From an uncultured Acidobacteriota bacterium (GTDB lineage: Bacteria > Acidobacteriota > Vicinamibacteria > Vicinamibacterales > 2-12-FULL-66-21), in contig CAVQXJ010000011.1 of assembly GCA_963717745.1 (NCBI GenBank), positions 26,948 through 90,947 on the forward strand: 64,000 nt of DNA, written 5' to 3'. Position numbers and translations under genes: made by a program. Under the pieces are notes generated by a model. The model was not told the origin of the DNA and searched no databases. It worked only from the letters and a program-made list of their open reading frames with translations. Each line of letters begins with the position of its first letter. Position 1 is the first letter of the stretch. Positions 49,215 to 58,569 of this stretch are shown in pieces.

Positions 49215-51273
49215 ATGACTCGCGCACGCCCCGTAGCTGCCGGTACGGCCGTCGCCGCCGTCGCTGCGACGCTGCTGCTGTCGGCCGCGGTTCCGCGCGC
49301 GCAGAGCAGCCGGCCGATGATGCTGGACGATCTGCTGTCAGCCGTGAGAATCGCCGACCCGCAGTTGTCCCCCGACAGCCGCACGGTGGTCTATGTGCGC
49401 ACCACCACTGACCTGCCGTCGGGCCGCCGGAATGCGGATCTGTGGAGCGTGCCGGCGGACGGCGGGACGGCCAAGCTGCTGATCGGCGGTGACAAAGCGG
49501 AGAACACGCCCCGGTGGAGCGCCGACGGGCGGCGCCTCCTGTTCATCTCGACCCGGGACGGCGCGGCGCAGGTGTTCGTCGCGGACGCCGATGGCACCGG
49601 CATCAGGAAGATCACCGATCTCGCGATGGGTGTGCAGCCCCCGTTGATCGCGTCGCCGGACGGGACCAGGATCGCGTTCGTCTCCGACGTCTACCCCGAG
49701 TGTGCGGACGAGGCCTGCAACAAGCGCCGGAAAGAGGAAATCGAGAAGAACCCGGTCAAGGTCCGCCGGCTCACCCGTCTCCTGTCGCGGCATTGGGACG
49801 AATGGCGCGAGAACGTGCGTCACCATGTGATGGTGGCCGACGTCGAGTCCAAGCGGGTCGTCGACGTCACACCCGGCGACTTCGATTCGCCGCCGGGCCA
49901 GCAGGAGGACGCGGCGATCGCGTTCTCACCGGACGGCCGTGAGATCGCCTTCGTCTCGAACCGCGAGGGCAACGACCGCGAAGCCTGGACCACCAACAAC
50001 GACGTGTGGATCGTCGCCGCGACCGGCGGCGCCGCGAAGAAGCTGACGCCGGGCGCCGGTGCCGATGTGCAGCCGGTGTTCTCGCCGGACGGCCGCACCA
50101 TCTTCGTGCGCGCGCAGCGGCGCGGCGGGTTCGAATCCGACCGCTGGTATCTCGACGCGTACGATCGCGCCAGCGGGCAGAAGCGCACCCTCTTCGAGGC
50201 ACCCGATCTCTCCGTCGGCGACTTCGCGCTGTCGAAGGATGGCACGGCGATCTGGTTCACCGCCGCGGATCAAGGCCGTGAACACCTGTATACCCTGCCC
50301 GCCGCGGGTGGCACGCCGAAACGGATCGCCGAAGGCGGCGCGATCGGCGCGCCGCGCCCCGGCAGCGGCTTCGTGGTGTTCTCGAAATCGTCGCTCGTGT
50401 CACCCCCGGAAATCTTTCGCGTCGCCGCCACCGGCGGCAGCGAGAAGGCCCTCACGACGGATGGGGCGAAGCTGGCGGGCGAGGTGGCATTCACACCGCC
50501 CGAGAGCCGGAGCGTCAGGGGCGGCGCCGGGGCCACCGTGCAGTACCTGGCTGATCAAGCCCCCCAACTTCGATGCCTCGAGGAAATATCCCGTCGTCTT
50601 CCTGATTCACGGCGGACCGCAAGGCGCGTGGGAGGATGCCTGGTCGACGCGGTGGAATCCTTCCCTGTGGGCGGCTCAGGGCTGGGTGATCGCCGCGCCG
50701 AATCCGCGCGGGTCGACCGGGTTCGGCCAGAAGTTCGTCGACGAGATTTCGAGCGACTGGGGCGGCAAGGTGATGGCCGACATCGATGCGGTGGTGAACG
50801 AGGTGTCGAAGCTGCCGTTCACCGACTCGACCCGCATGGGCATCGCCGGCGCCAGCTACGGAGGCTACGCCGTCAACTGGATCCTGGGTCACACCAACCG
50901 GTTCAAGGCCGCGGTGACCCACGACGGCGTGTTCAACCTCGAGTCGATGTCGCTCGCGACCGAAGAGTTGTGGTTCACCGAGTGGGAGTTCGGCGGACCG
51001 CCGTGGGCGTCCAAGGCGCGCGAGCAGTTCCTGCAGTGGTCGCCGCACCTGTTCGCCCACAACATCAAGACGCCGACGCTCATCATCACCAACGAGCTCG
51101 ATTTCCGCGTGCCGGTCGACCAGGGCCTGCAGATGTTCACCGTGCTGCGGCGCAACGGCGTCCAGGCCGAAGCCCTGGTCTTTCCGGACGAGGGGCACTG
51201 GGTGCTTGGCGCGAACAACAGCCGCGTATGGCACGAGGCGGTGTTCGGCTGGATGACGAAGTATCTGCAGTAG
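49215..51273 (+). pseudogene. S9 family serine peptidase (TolB-like propeller + prolyl-oligopeptidase alpha/beta hydrolase), one frame break
   Basis: The propeller (PRWSADGRRLLFIS..SPDGTRIAFVS..) is in frame 49215. After ~50546 (cag tac c tgg ctg) the catalytic domain WLIKPPNFDASRKYPVVFLIHGGPQG..GASYGGY..FPDEGHW is in the frame of ORF 50059..51273. Confidence 0.8.
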
Positions 51274-51278
51274 AAGAG

Positions 51279-51347
51279 TTGTCAGTGTCCCAGTTCCCAG
51301 TTACTGGCAGACTCGCTACTGGGAACTGGCCACCGGAAACTGACTGC
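51279..51347. repeat. hairpin element, family D (CCCAGTT heptamers)
   Basis: gtcagtgt cccagtt cccagtt actggcagactcgct actgggaactgg ccaccggaa actgac. It lies between convergent genes. ccagttcccagt differs by 1 nt from ccagtttccagt in 25626..25672. Confidence 0.6.
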
Positions 51348-51361
51348 GAAGAAACGGACGA

Positions 51362-52201
51362 CTATTTCCGCGTCAGCCGCACTCCGCCATTCGTCGTGCG
51401 CACGCGGATTGGCGCCCCACCGGATCCGAGCTGCGTGTTGATGTCGCGGTTCTCGCGGTTGCGGCGGTTCTGGGTCACGCCCGGGTAATCGACGTTCACC
51501 CCGCCGTTGCTGGTGCTCGCCTCGAAGCGCGCGGAATAGTTCTCGGGAACCACCACCTTCACGCCACCGTTGGTCGTCTCGACATCGAGTCCTTCGCCGC
51601 TCCAGAACGTGCCGTCGAGATCGATGTCGACGCCGCCATTCGTCGTCCGGCCCTTGACGTCGCCGTTGACCCCCATCAGCTTCACGCCGCCGTTGGTCGT
51701 CTCGAACTCCACCTTCGAGTCCATGTCGCGGAGCGAGATGCCGCCGTTGCTGCTGCGGAGGGCCAGGTTGAGCGCTCGCGGCACATACAGCCGGTAGCTC
51801 ACCGACCATCCCTCTCGGTTCTGCGTCCGGGGTCCAGTCGCCTCGACCTGATCGAGTGTCGGGGTGAGCCGGATCGACGCCGCAATCTGCCGGGCCCGGG
51901 CATCGGTCTCAGCGCTGGCGACGATCTTCGCGAGGATGTGCACGTCGCCGCGCGCTTCTCCCTCGACGCTGATTCCGCCGTTCGTCCCCGACACGGACAG
52001 CGTGCCGGCGGTCGCCGCGACCTTGAACTCCCGGACCTCGCAAAACGACGCCCGGTCCGAATTCCCGTCTCGTTCGTTCCGGCACCAGTCGTCGCCGCCA
52101 CGCTGCTGTTCAGCCGCAGCACCCAATCCCATCGGAGCCGCCAACAGCGCCGCCAACACCAGCGCCCCGACCCGCCCCTGTTCACCTACGAATCTGTTCA
52201 T
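51362..52201 (-). CDS. DUF4097-type beta-strand repeat protein (secreted)
   Basis: Signal peptide, then repeated TNGG[IV]x[LV] strands (SGTNGGISVEG, SSNGGISLRD, TTNGGVKLMG, TTNGGVDIDL, TTNGGVKVVV, TSNGGVNVDY, TTNGGVRLTR). Confidence 0.8.
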   Translation of the reverse strand: MNRFVGEQGRVGALVLAALLAAPMGLGAAAEQQRGGDDWCRNERDGNSDRASFCEVREFKVAATAGTLSVSGTNGGISVEGEARGDVHILAKIVASAETDARARQIAASIRLTPTLDQVEATGPRTQNREGWSVSYRLYVPRALNLALRSSNGGISLRDMDSKVEFETTNGGVKLMGVNGDVKGRTTNGGVDIDLDGTFWSGEGLDVETTNGGVKVVVPENYSARFEASTSNGGVNVDYPGVTQNRRNRENRDINTQLGSGGAPIRVRTTNGGVRLTRK

Positions 52202-52267
52202 TGCGCATCACCTCGCACCTTTGACGGAAGGGCGGCCCCTCGCGTTGGTGGGGGGCCGCAATGGCTC

Positions 52268-52304
52268 AATCCCTAATCCCTCATCCGATGAGGGATTAGG
52301 GATT
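52268..52304. repeat. 37-nt perfect palindrome built from AATCCCT heptamers
   Basis: aatccct aatccct catc c gatg agggatt agggatt. It is preceded by a second hairpin gcggcccc..ggggccgc (52232..52259). It lies in the divergent gap between the DUF4097 gene and the ADOP-type permease. Confidence 0.75.
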
Positions 52305-52350
52305 CGACTAGGGTCCGGAACCCCCCTCCCCCTCGCCCGTCTAAGTGCCT

Positions 52351-54765
52351 ATGCTTCTACAGGATGTGCGCTACGCCTGGCGCTCGCTGACCAAGAGTCG
52401 CGGGTTCACCGCCATCGCCGTCGCGTGCCTGGCCCTTGGGATCGGCATCAACACCACGATTTTCAGTGTCGTCGACGGGGTGATGCTCCAGCCCTACCCC
52501 TATCAGGATGCCGACGGCATCGCCGTCGTCAACGGCCGGAACCAGCGGCTGAACATCAACCGTGCCAGCCTGTCGTACGCGGACTACAAAGATCTGCGGG
52601 ACCAGACCAGCACCGTCCAGTCGCTGGCCGGGTTCAGCCGCCGCAGTCTCACCATTTCGGACGGATCGACCGAGCCCACGCGCTACGACGGCAGCACCAT
52701 CACCTGGAATCTGTTCCCGTTGCTGGGCCAGCCGCCGGCGATGGGCCGCAACTTCGGCCCGGAAGACGACCGGCCCGGCGCCGAGCCGGTCGTGATGCTC
52801 AGCCACGAGGTCTGGCAGACGCGCTATGCCGGCGACCGTGCCGTGGTCGGCCGGGCGATCAGCATCAATGGCCGGCCGCACACCATCATCGGCGTGATGC
52901 CGCCGCGATTCGCGTTTCCCGAGACCCAGCGCCTCTGGGTGCCGCTCGCGGAGTACGGCGAGAAGATGAGCCGCGACGAGCGGAACGTCCAGGCGTTCGC
53001 GCGGATGAAGCCGGGAGCGACGATCGACCAGGTCTCCACCGACTTGAACGGCATCGCCGAACGTCTTGCCGCCGCCTATCCCGCGAATCGCGACTGGAGT
53101 ACCAACGTGCGGCCGCTCAGCGACTGGATGCTGCCCGAGCAGCCGAAGCTGATCATCATGATGATGATGGGCGCGGTTACGCTGGTGCTGCTGATCGCCT
53201 GCTCCAACGTCGCGAACCTGCTGCTCGCGCGCGCCTCGGTGCGGCATCGCGAGATCTCGATCCGGTCGGCGCTCGGCGCCGGACGGTTCAGAATCGTCCG
53301 TCAGCTGCTCACCGAGGCGATCATGATCGGCCTGTTCAGCGCGCCGCTCGGCTTCGTGGTCGCCTGGGCCGGGCTGCAGCTGCTGGACCGTTCGATTCCG
53401 CCCGACAGCATTCCCTATTTCATCCACTGGAGCCTCGACGCGCGGTCGCTCGCCTACACCATCGCCATTGCGGTGGGCACCGGCATCTTCTTCGGCGTCG
53501 TCCCGGCGCTGCAGGCGACCGGCACCAGCCTGCAGGAGAGTCTCCGCGAGGGCGGCCGCGGCTCGACCGGCGAGCGCCGCGCATGGATGCGGAACACGCT
53601 GGTGGTCGCGCAGGTCGGCTTCGCGTTGATCCTGCTGATCGGCTCGTCGCTCTTCATTCGCAGCTTCCTCAACCTGCAGGGGGCGAGCGTCGGATTCGAC
53701 ACCGCGCCGCTGATGACGCTGCGCTTCTACCTTCCCGGCCAGGTCTACGAGCCCAACGACGCGAAGGCCAGAAGAGTGGAAGACATCGTCCGGCGCACTG
53801 AGACGCTGCCGGGTGTGCAGCAGGCGTTCGCGTCGAACTTCGTCCCGCTCGGCGGCGGCGGCGGCGGCGACGACGTGATCGTCGAAGGCAAGCCGGTCGA
53901 GCCGGGGCAGGAGCCAGGCATCGCCTTCATTGCCGCCACGCCGCACCTGCGGCAGACGCTCGGCGTCGCCCTGGTGCGGGGACGCGACCTGACCGACAGC
54001 GAGGGGGCCACGAAGAGCCCGGTCGCGCTGATCAACCAGACGATGGCCAAGCGAGCGTGGGGTGATGCCGATCCGCTCGGCCGCCGTTTCAGGCTCAAAG
54101 GCGATCGCACTCCCGACTGGTTCACCGTGGTCGGCATCGTCGCCGATTTCCGTCACTACCAGGGGGACGACGACGATGCGATCGTCCCGGCCGCCTATGT
54201 GCCGTATCCGTTCGATCCGACGCTGAACACCGGCCTCAGCATCCGGGTCGCCGGCGGCGATCCCGCGGCGATCAGCGCGGCGGTCCGCGAGCAGATTCGC
54301 CTGTCCGACGGCACGTTGCCGGTGTTCCAGGTCTCGACCATGGAGGCACTCCGGCAGCGGAGCTTCTGGCAATTCCGGATGTTCGGAGTGATGTTCTTCC
54401 TGTTCGGAGCGGTCGCGCTGGTGCTCGCGTCGATCGGGGTCTACGGTGTGCTCTCGTATTCCGTCTCACAGCGCACGCAGGAGATCGGCGTCCGGGTGGC
54501 GCTTGGCGCGGCACGCGCCGACGTGATGCGGCTGATCATCGGGCAGGGCCTCAAGCTCGCGGGCATGGGGATCGTCCTCGGCACTGCCGGCGCTTTCGGC
54601 GTGACACCGGCGGCGCGCAGCATGCTTTACAAGGTGACCCCCACCGACCCGCTCAGCTTTGGCCTGGTGGCGGTCTTCCTGCTCCTGGTCGCGCTGACCG
54701 CCAGCTACATTCCCGCGCGCCGTGCGATGGCCGTCGATCCCCTGATCGCCATGCGCAACGACTGA
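52351..54765 (+). CDS. ADOP/MacB-type duplicated FtsX permease without prefix domain and without adjacent PadR
   Basis: MLLQDVRYAWRSLTKSRGFTAIAV.., two FtsX modules. ATG at 52351 (the track uses GTG 52345). Confidence 0.85.
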   Translation: MLLQDVRYAWRSLTKSRGFTAIAVACLALGIGINTTIFSVVDGVMLQPYPYQDADGIAVVNGRNQRLNINRASLSYADYKDLRDQTSTVQSLAGFSRRSLTISDGSTEPTRYDGSTITWNLFPLLGQPPAMGRNFGPEDDRPGAEPVVMLSHEVWQTRYAGDRAVVGRAISINGRPHTIIGVMPPRFAFPETQRLWVPLAEYGEKMSRDERNVQAFARMKPGATIDQVSTDLNGIAERLAAAYPANRDWSTNVRPLSDWMLPEQPKLIIMMMMGAVTLVLLIACSNVANLLLARASVRHREISIRSALGAGRFRIVRQLLTEAIMIGLFSAPLGFVVAWAGLQLLDRSIPPDSIPYFIHWSLDARSLAYTIAIAVGTGIFFGVVPALQATGTSLQESLREGGRGSTGERRAWMRNTLVVAQVGFALILLIGSSLFIRSFLNLQGASVGFDTAPLMTLRFYLPGQVYEPNDAKARRVEDIVRRTETLPGVQQAFASNFVPLGGGGGGDDVIVEGKPVEPGQEPGIAFIAATPHLRQTLGVALVRGRDLTDSEGATKSPVALINQTMAKRAWGDADPLGRRFRLKGDRTPDWFTVVGIVADFRHYQGDDDDAIVPAAYVPYPFDPTLNTGLSIRVAGGDPAAISAAVREQIRLSDGTLPVFQVSTMEALRQRSFWQFRMFGVMFFLFGAVALVLASIGVYGVLSYSVSQRTQEIGVRVALGAARADVMRLIIGQGLKLAGMGIVLGTAGAFGVTPAARSMLYKVTPTDPLSFGLVAVFLLLVALTASYIPARRAMAVDPLIAMRND

Positions 54766-54844
54766 GTCGTCGCGCCCCTCGACTCCCGCTCGGGACGGCC
54801 TGAGCTTGTCGATGGCCGGCGCGTAAACGTCGTATCCTCATCGG

Positions 54845-55549
54845 GTGCAGCTGGATCTTCCTTTCCTGCGCGCCTCCGAGCCCGCGCCTCAGCCTGACGT
54901 TCATTTCGTTCGCGTCAAGCGCGCCCGCAAATACATCCTTCGAGTGCACCCCGACGGATCGTTGCGGGTGACGATTCCGCGAGGCGGTTCGCGCCGCGAG
55001 GCCGAGGCGTTCGTCCAGCGCCATCAGGCGTGGGTCGCCGCGGAACGGCTGCGCGTGGCGGAACGGCACGCGCCGGTGCAGTGGCACGTCGGCGATGCGA
55101 TCCTGCTGCACGGCGAGCCGAGCGTGCTCCGTGTTCAGGAAGCCGGCCGCAGCCGGATGCTGATGGTTGGCGATCAGCGCGTGCGGCTCGCCGGCGGGGT
55201 CGACAACGTGCGGCCGGCAGCGGAGCTCGCGCTGCGACGGCTCGCGGGGCGCGAGCTGGTGCCGCGCCTCGAGGCGCTGGCCGCCGAGCATCGGCTCACC
55301 GTGTCCCGCATCACCATCCGTAACCAGCGATCGCGTTGGGGATCCTGCTCCCATCGCGGCGTGATCGCGTTGAACTTCAGGTTGGTGCAGATGCCGCCGT
55401 GGGTGTGCGACTACGTGCTGCTCCACGAGCTCATGCACCTGCGCCAGCAGAATCATTCGCGCCGCTACTGGCGATTGGTGGCTGAAGTCTTTCCCGAGTA
55501 CCGCGCGGCGGAGCGTTGGCTGAAGCTGGAAGGGAAGGCCCTCTTCTGA
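54845..55549 (+). CDS. YgjP-like (DUF45 / M48-related) metal-dependent hydrolase
   Basis: RNQRSRWGSCS..LNFRL..VCDYVLLHELMHLRQQNHSRRYW (HExxH in SprT/YgjP context). GTG start. Confidence 0.8.
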   Translation: MQLDLPFLRASEPAPQPDVHFVRVKRARKYILRVHPDGSLRVTIPRGGSRREAEAFVQRHQAWVAAERLRVAERHAPVQWHVGDAILLHGEPSVLRVQEAGRSRMLMVGDQRVRLAGGVDNVRPAAELALRRLAGRELVPRLEALAAEHRLTVSRITIRNQRSRWGSCSHRGVIALNFRLVQMPPWVCDYVLLHELMHLRQQNHSRRYWRLVAEVFPEYRAAERWLKLEGKALF

Positions 55550-56085
55550 TGATGGTCCAGGGCGAGCGGTGTCTCCTCAGGCCGTGGCGGGTACGGGACG
55601 CGCCATCCGTGGTCCGCTACGCGAACAACGCCAACGTGTCCCGCTACCTTCGCGATCGGTTCCCTTACCCCTACACAATGGCGCATGCACGGGGCTTTCT
55701 CGCGGGCGCCGTCGGCGAGGAAGGAGAACCGACCAAGTTCGCGATCGCCGTGGACGACGAAGCGGTCGGCGGCATCGGCCTGATTCCGGGCGCCGACATC
55801 GAGCAGTTCTCCGCGGAGATCGGCTATTGGCTCGGCGAGCCGTTCTGGGGCCGCGGCATCGTCTCCGAGGCGCTGATGATGGTGACGGAACACGCCTTCC
55901 AACGCCTGAACCTGCTGCGGCTGTTCGCGTTCGCGTTCACCGAGAACGTCGGTTCGGTGCGAGTGCTCGAGAAGGCGGGTTATGAGCGTGAGGGCTGCCT
56001 GAAATCCGGGGCCGTGAAGCTCGGCCAGGTCTACGATCAGCTGCTCTACGCGCGGGTCAATCCGAGTTGGCGCGGTCCGGGCTGA
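55549..56085 (+). CDS. GNAT family N-acetyltransferase (RimJ/RimL-like)
   Basis: MMVQGERCLLRPWRVRDAPSVVRYANN..IGYWLGEPFWGRGIVSEAL..NVGSVRVLEKAGYEREG. The start overlaps the previous stop. Confidence 0.85.
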   Translation: MMVQGERCLLRPWRVRDAPSVVRYANNANVSRYLRDRFPYPYTMAHARGFLAGAVGEEGEPTKFAIAVDDEAVGGIGLIPGADIEQFSAEIGYWLGEPFWGRGIVSEALMMVTEHAFQRLNLLRLFAFAFTENVGSVRVLEKAGYEREGCLKSGAVKLGQVYDQLLYARVNPSWRGPG

Positions 56086-56088
56086 CAG

Positions 56089-56139
56089 GCGGATGAAAAC
56101 CCCGCGTGTCAAGGGAGAAGGCAGAAGGGAAAACGGGAG
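56089..56139. repeat. family C element, forward orientation
   Basis: gcggatgaaaaccccgcgtgtcaagggagaaggcagaagggaaaacgggag. It fills the gap between convergent GNAT and DinB genes. Confidence 0.8.
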
Positions 56140-56724
56140 TTACGTGGGAAAGTCCGCGCGCTCGATCACTCGCCGCGCCTGCCACAGGTGGCGGCGGTTG
56201 TGCGCGGCGATCACGTGAAACCCCGTTGCCACCTTGACCCGCACCATCTTGAAGAACGGGTTCTGGAAGGTCGCGCCATTGGCGTCGATCTCGGCCGCCT
56301 CGCGCGCCATCGCCTTCAGCTCCGCATGCGTGCCGAAGTAGCGGCGCAGAATCTCCTCGCGGCTCAACGAGGACTGCGGGACGATCCGCGAGGGGGCTCG
56401 GGTGCGAAGCTTGACCGGCGGCTCGAGGCTGTTCGCGAACTTGCGGCCGAAGAATCCTGGCGCGAATGGCCCCCGTCGGACCGAGCCGCTCCGCCGCGCG
56501 CGATCGATGGCGTCGCGCATCAGCGAGGCGTACAGCGCGTCGCCGGTGGCCAGATGTTCCAGGCACTGCGCGACGCTCCATCGTTTCCCGCCATCGGGCT
56601 GCCAGTGGAACTGGTCGTCGCGCAGACTGGCCGCGAGCGTTTTCGCGGTGCGATCAGCCTCGTCCAGCTGATCGATGATGGCTTGCACGTCGTCCGGAAG
56701 CGGCATGGTAATCACGGGTGCCAT
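56140..56724 (-). CDS. DinB family (DinB_2) protein
   Basis: QFHWQPDGGKRWSVAQCLEHLA..GFHVIAAHNRRHLWQARRV shows the His-triad layout of DinB-fold proteins. Confidence 0.75.
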   Translation of the reverse strand: MAPVITMPLPDDVQAIIDQLDEADRTAKTLAASLRDDQFHWQPDGGKRWSVAQCLEHLATGDALYASLMRDAIDRARRSGSVRRGPFAPGFFGRKFANSLEPPVKLRTRAPSRIVPQSSLSREEILRRYFGTHAELKAMAREAAEIDANGATFQNPFFKMVRVKVATGFHVIAAHNRRHLWQARRVIERADFPT

Positions 56725-56774
56725 TCGGGAATTTTACGGGAAGCTGGCCTATTCGTGGCGTCGGCGGCCCTTAC

Positions 56775-57050
56775 GGCCCCTGCGGCGCGCTGGCGCTTCG
56801 CGCCAGGACGAGACGACGACACGACGACCACGACGTTGAGAGTCTCTTCGACGGGTTGGGCCCGTTGGCGGCGCCGCGCAACGCCGGCCGTGGCCGGCGT
56901 CGCCGCCAACGGGGGAGAGCCGCTGATATTCAGCCGGGGCACAAAGGATTTGGCCGAGCGCTGCAATCGTGGCCGGGCGTGAATCGTAAAACGTCGTTGT
57001 CGTCGTGTCGTCGTCGTGTCGTCGTAGGGCCGCAGGCAGCCGCAGGCCCC
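56775..57050. repeat. arm-core-arm element with ACGACG/GTCGTCG-type arms, nested palindromes
   Basis: Outer cctgcggc../..gccgcagg. Arms are gacgagacgacgacacgacgaccacgacgt (56807..56836) and aacgtcgttgtcgtcgtgtcgtcgtcgtgtcgtcgt (56990..57025). The ~150-nt core has an internal dyad gttggcggcg..acgccggcc gt ggccggcgt..cgccgccaac. It shares three blocks with 6591..6663. Confidence 0.85.
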
Positions 57051-57131
57051 CCGCCGGAGGCGCCGTGGGCACGATCGCAGCGTGACAGCGAACACCCCCA
57101 CGAAGAGACTCCCCTGACTTATCATCTTGGG

Positions 57132-57734
57132 ATGTCCGCCGAATACCTGATCAAGCAGTACGGGCTCCAGCAGGGTGCGCTGGAGATTCAGTACATCGAG
57201 GAGTTCTTCCTCGACTTCAAGCGGAAGAAATCGGCCAACGAAGTGATCCAGCGCCTGGCCAACCGTGACCACCAGATCCTGATGGCCGAGGCGGGTCTGC
57301 CCGAAGAGCCCGGCACGTTCGTGCCGGTCTCGTTCAAGGTGTCGCACGAGCTGCGAGCGCAGGAGACCGATCCCAAGCTCGCCGATCTGGTCGCGCAGCT
57401 CGAGGACTGTGTCGAGTTCAACGGACGGCGTGTGCTCTATCAGTGGATCGGCGGCACCCGCAGCGACTGGCGCGGGCAGGGGCACTTCCGTGCGCTGACC
57501 GAGGAGCAGGAAGTCTGGGCCATGGACAACGGCTTCGACGAGATCATCGTCAAGACCAAGAACCGGTTCTACGAGATGCGCAGCACCCTCGCCCAGCTGC
57601 GGTTCGACATCATCCGGTTCGTGCAGCACCCGGTCGACCCCAGCGAGTCGAAGGTCTTCTTCAGCAAGCGGCTCGGCCAGCACGTCATCGACAGTCACCG
57701 CAGCCGGCGGTCGGTCGTGCGGACCGATCAGTGA
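57132..57734 (+). CDS. GNAT-fold acetyltransferase-like protein
   Basis: From ATG 57132: ..YQWIGGTRSDWRGQGHFRALTEEQEVWAMDNGFDEIIVKTKNRF.. (R/Q-x-x-G-x-G/A motif A). The track extension 56718..57131 runs through the repeat. Confidence 0.6.
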   Translation: MSAEYLIKQYGLQQGALEIQYIEEFFLDFKRKKSANEVIQRLANRDHQILMAEAGLPEEPGTFVPVSFKVSHELRAQETDPKLADLVAQLEDCVEFNGRRVLYQWIGGTRSDWRGQGHFRALTEEQEVWAMDNGFDEIIVKTKNRFYEMRSTLAQLRFDIIRFVQHPVDPSESKVFFSKRLGQHVIDSHRSRRSVVRTDQ

Positions 57735-58522
57735 TCCAGCGGATCGAGTCGGCGGAGGATCCGCGGCTCGATCCCTATCGCCACGTCGCCAACCCGCGCT
57801 GGATTCGCGAACGCCACATGTTCGTGGCCGAGGGCCGGCTCGTCGTCGAGCGGCTGCTGGCGCTCGGCCGGTTCGAGCTCCATTCCATCCTGGTCAACGG
57901 TGCGGCTCACGCTGCGATGGAAGCGGTCCTGACGGCGGTGGACGCGCCGGTGCTGGTGTGTGACGACGCGGCGCTGCTGGCCGGGATCACCGGTTACGAC
58001 TTTCACCGCGGTTGTCTCGCGCTGGTCGCACGTCCGCCCGCGCTGCGGCCGGCGGATCTGGCCGGCTGCCGCCGTCTGCTCGCACTGGAAGGGGTCGCGA
58101 ACCCCGACAACGTCGGCGGCCTCTTCCGCACCGCCGCCGCGCTCGGTGTGGACGGCGTGCTGCTCAATCCCACCAGCGGCGACCCGTGGTATCGCAAGGC
58201 GATCCGTACGTCGATGGGCGCCGCGCTCCGGATCCCGTTCGCACGGGCCGAGGATTGGCGAGCGGCGCTCGCCGACTTCCGGTCTCGCGGGTTCCGTGTC
58301 GTCGCGTTGACGCCGTCAGAAGACGCCGTGGACATCAGCGGTCTGGCCGCGTTGCGGGATCACGAACGCGTGCTGGTCATGGTCGGGGCCGAAGGTCCGG
58401 GCCTGGATCCCGTCTCGCTCGATGATGCCGACATCAAGGCGCGCATTCCGATCGATGCCGCGGTCGACTCGTTGAACGTGGTGGTCGCCGCCGGCATTGC
58501 CCTCGATCGACTGCGCCATTAG
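57731..58522 (+). CDS. TrmH/SpoU family RNA 2'-O-methyltransferase
   Basis: GTG 57731 overlapping the previous stop (GTGA). LEGVANPDNVGGLFRTAAALGV..VMVGAEGPGL..IPIDAAVDSLNVVVAAGIAL matches SpoU motifs 1-3. Confidence 0.85.
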   Translation: MIQRIESAEDPRLDPYRHVANPRWIRERHMFVAEGRLVVERLLALGRFELHSILVNGAAHAAMEAVLTAVDAPVLVCDDAALLAGITGYDFHRGCLALVARPPALRPADLAGCRRLLALEGVANPDNVGGLFRTAAALGVDGVLLNPTSGDPWYRKAIRTSMGAALRIPFARAEDWRAALADFRSRGFRVVALTPSEDAVDISGLAALRDHERVLVMVGAEGPGLDPVSLDDADIKARIPIDAAVDSLNVVVAAGIALDRLRH

Positions 58523-58527
58523 GAGCC

Positions 58528-58557
58528 GGATGAAAGCCACGCGGGGGTCTTTCATCC
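58528..58557. terminator. stem-loop between convergent genes
   Basis: ggatgaaag (58528..58536), 12-nt loop, ctttcatcc (58549..58557). The ggatgaaa..ccccgcg motif also heads family C copies at 56091 and 30121 (reverse complement). Confidence 0.45.
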
Positions 58558-58569
58558 GCCCAGTAGTCC

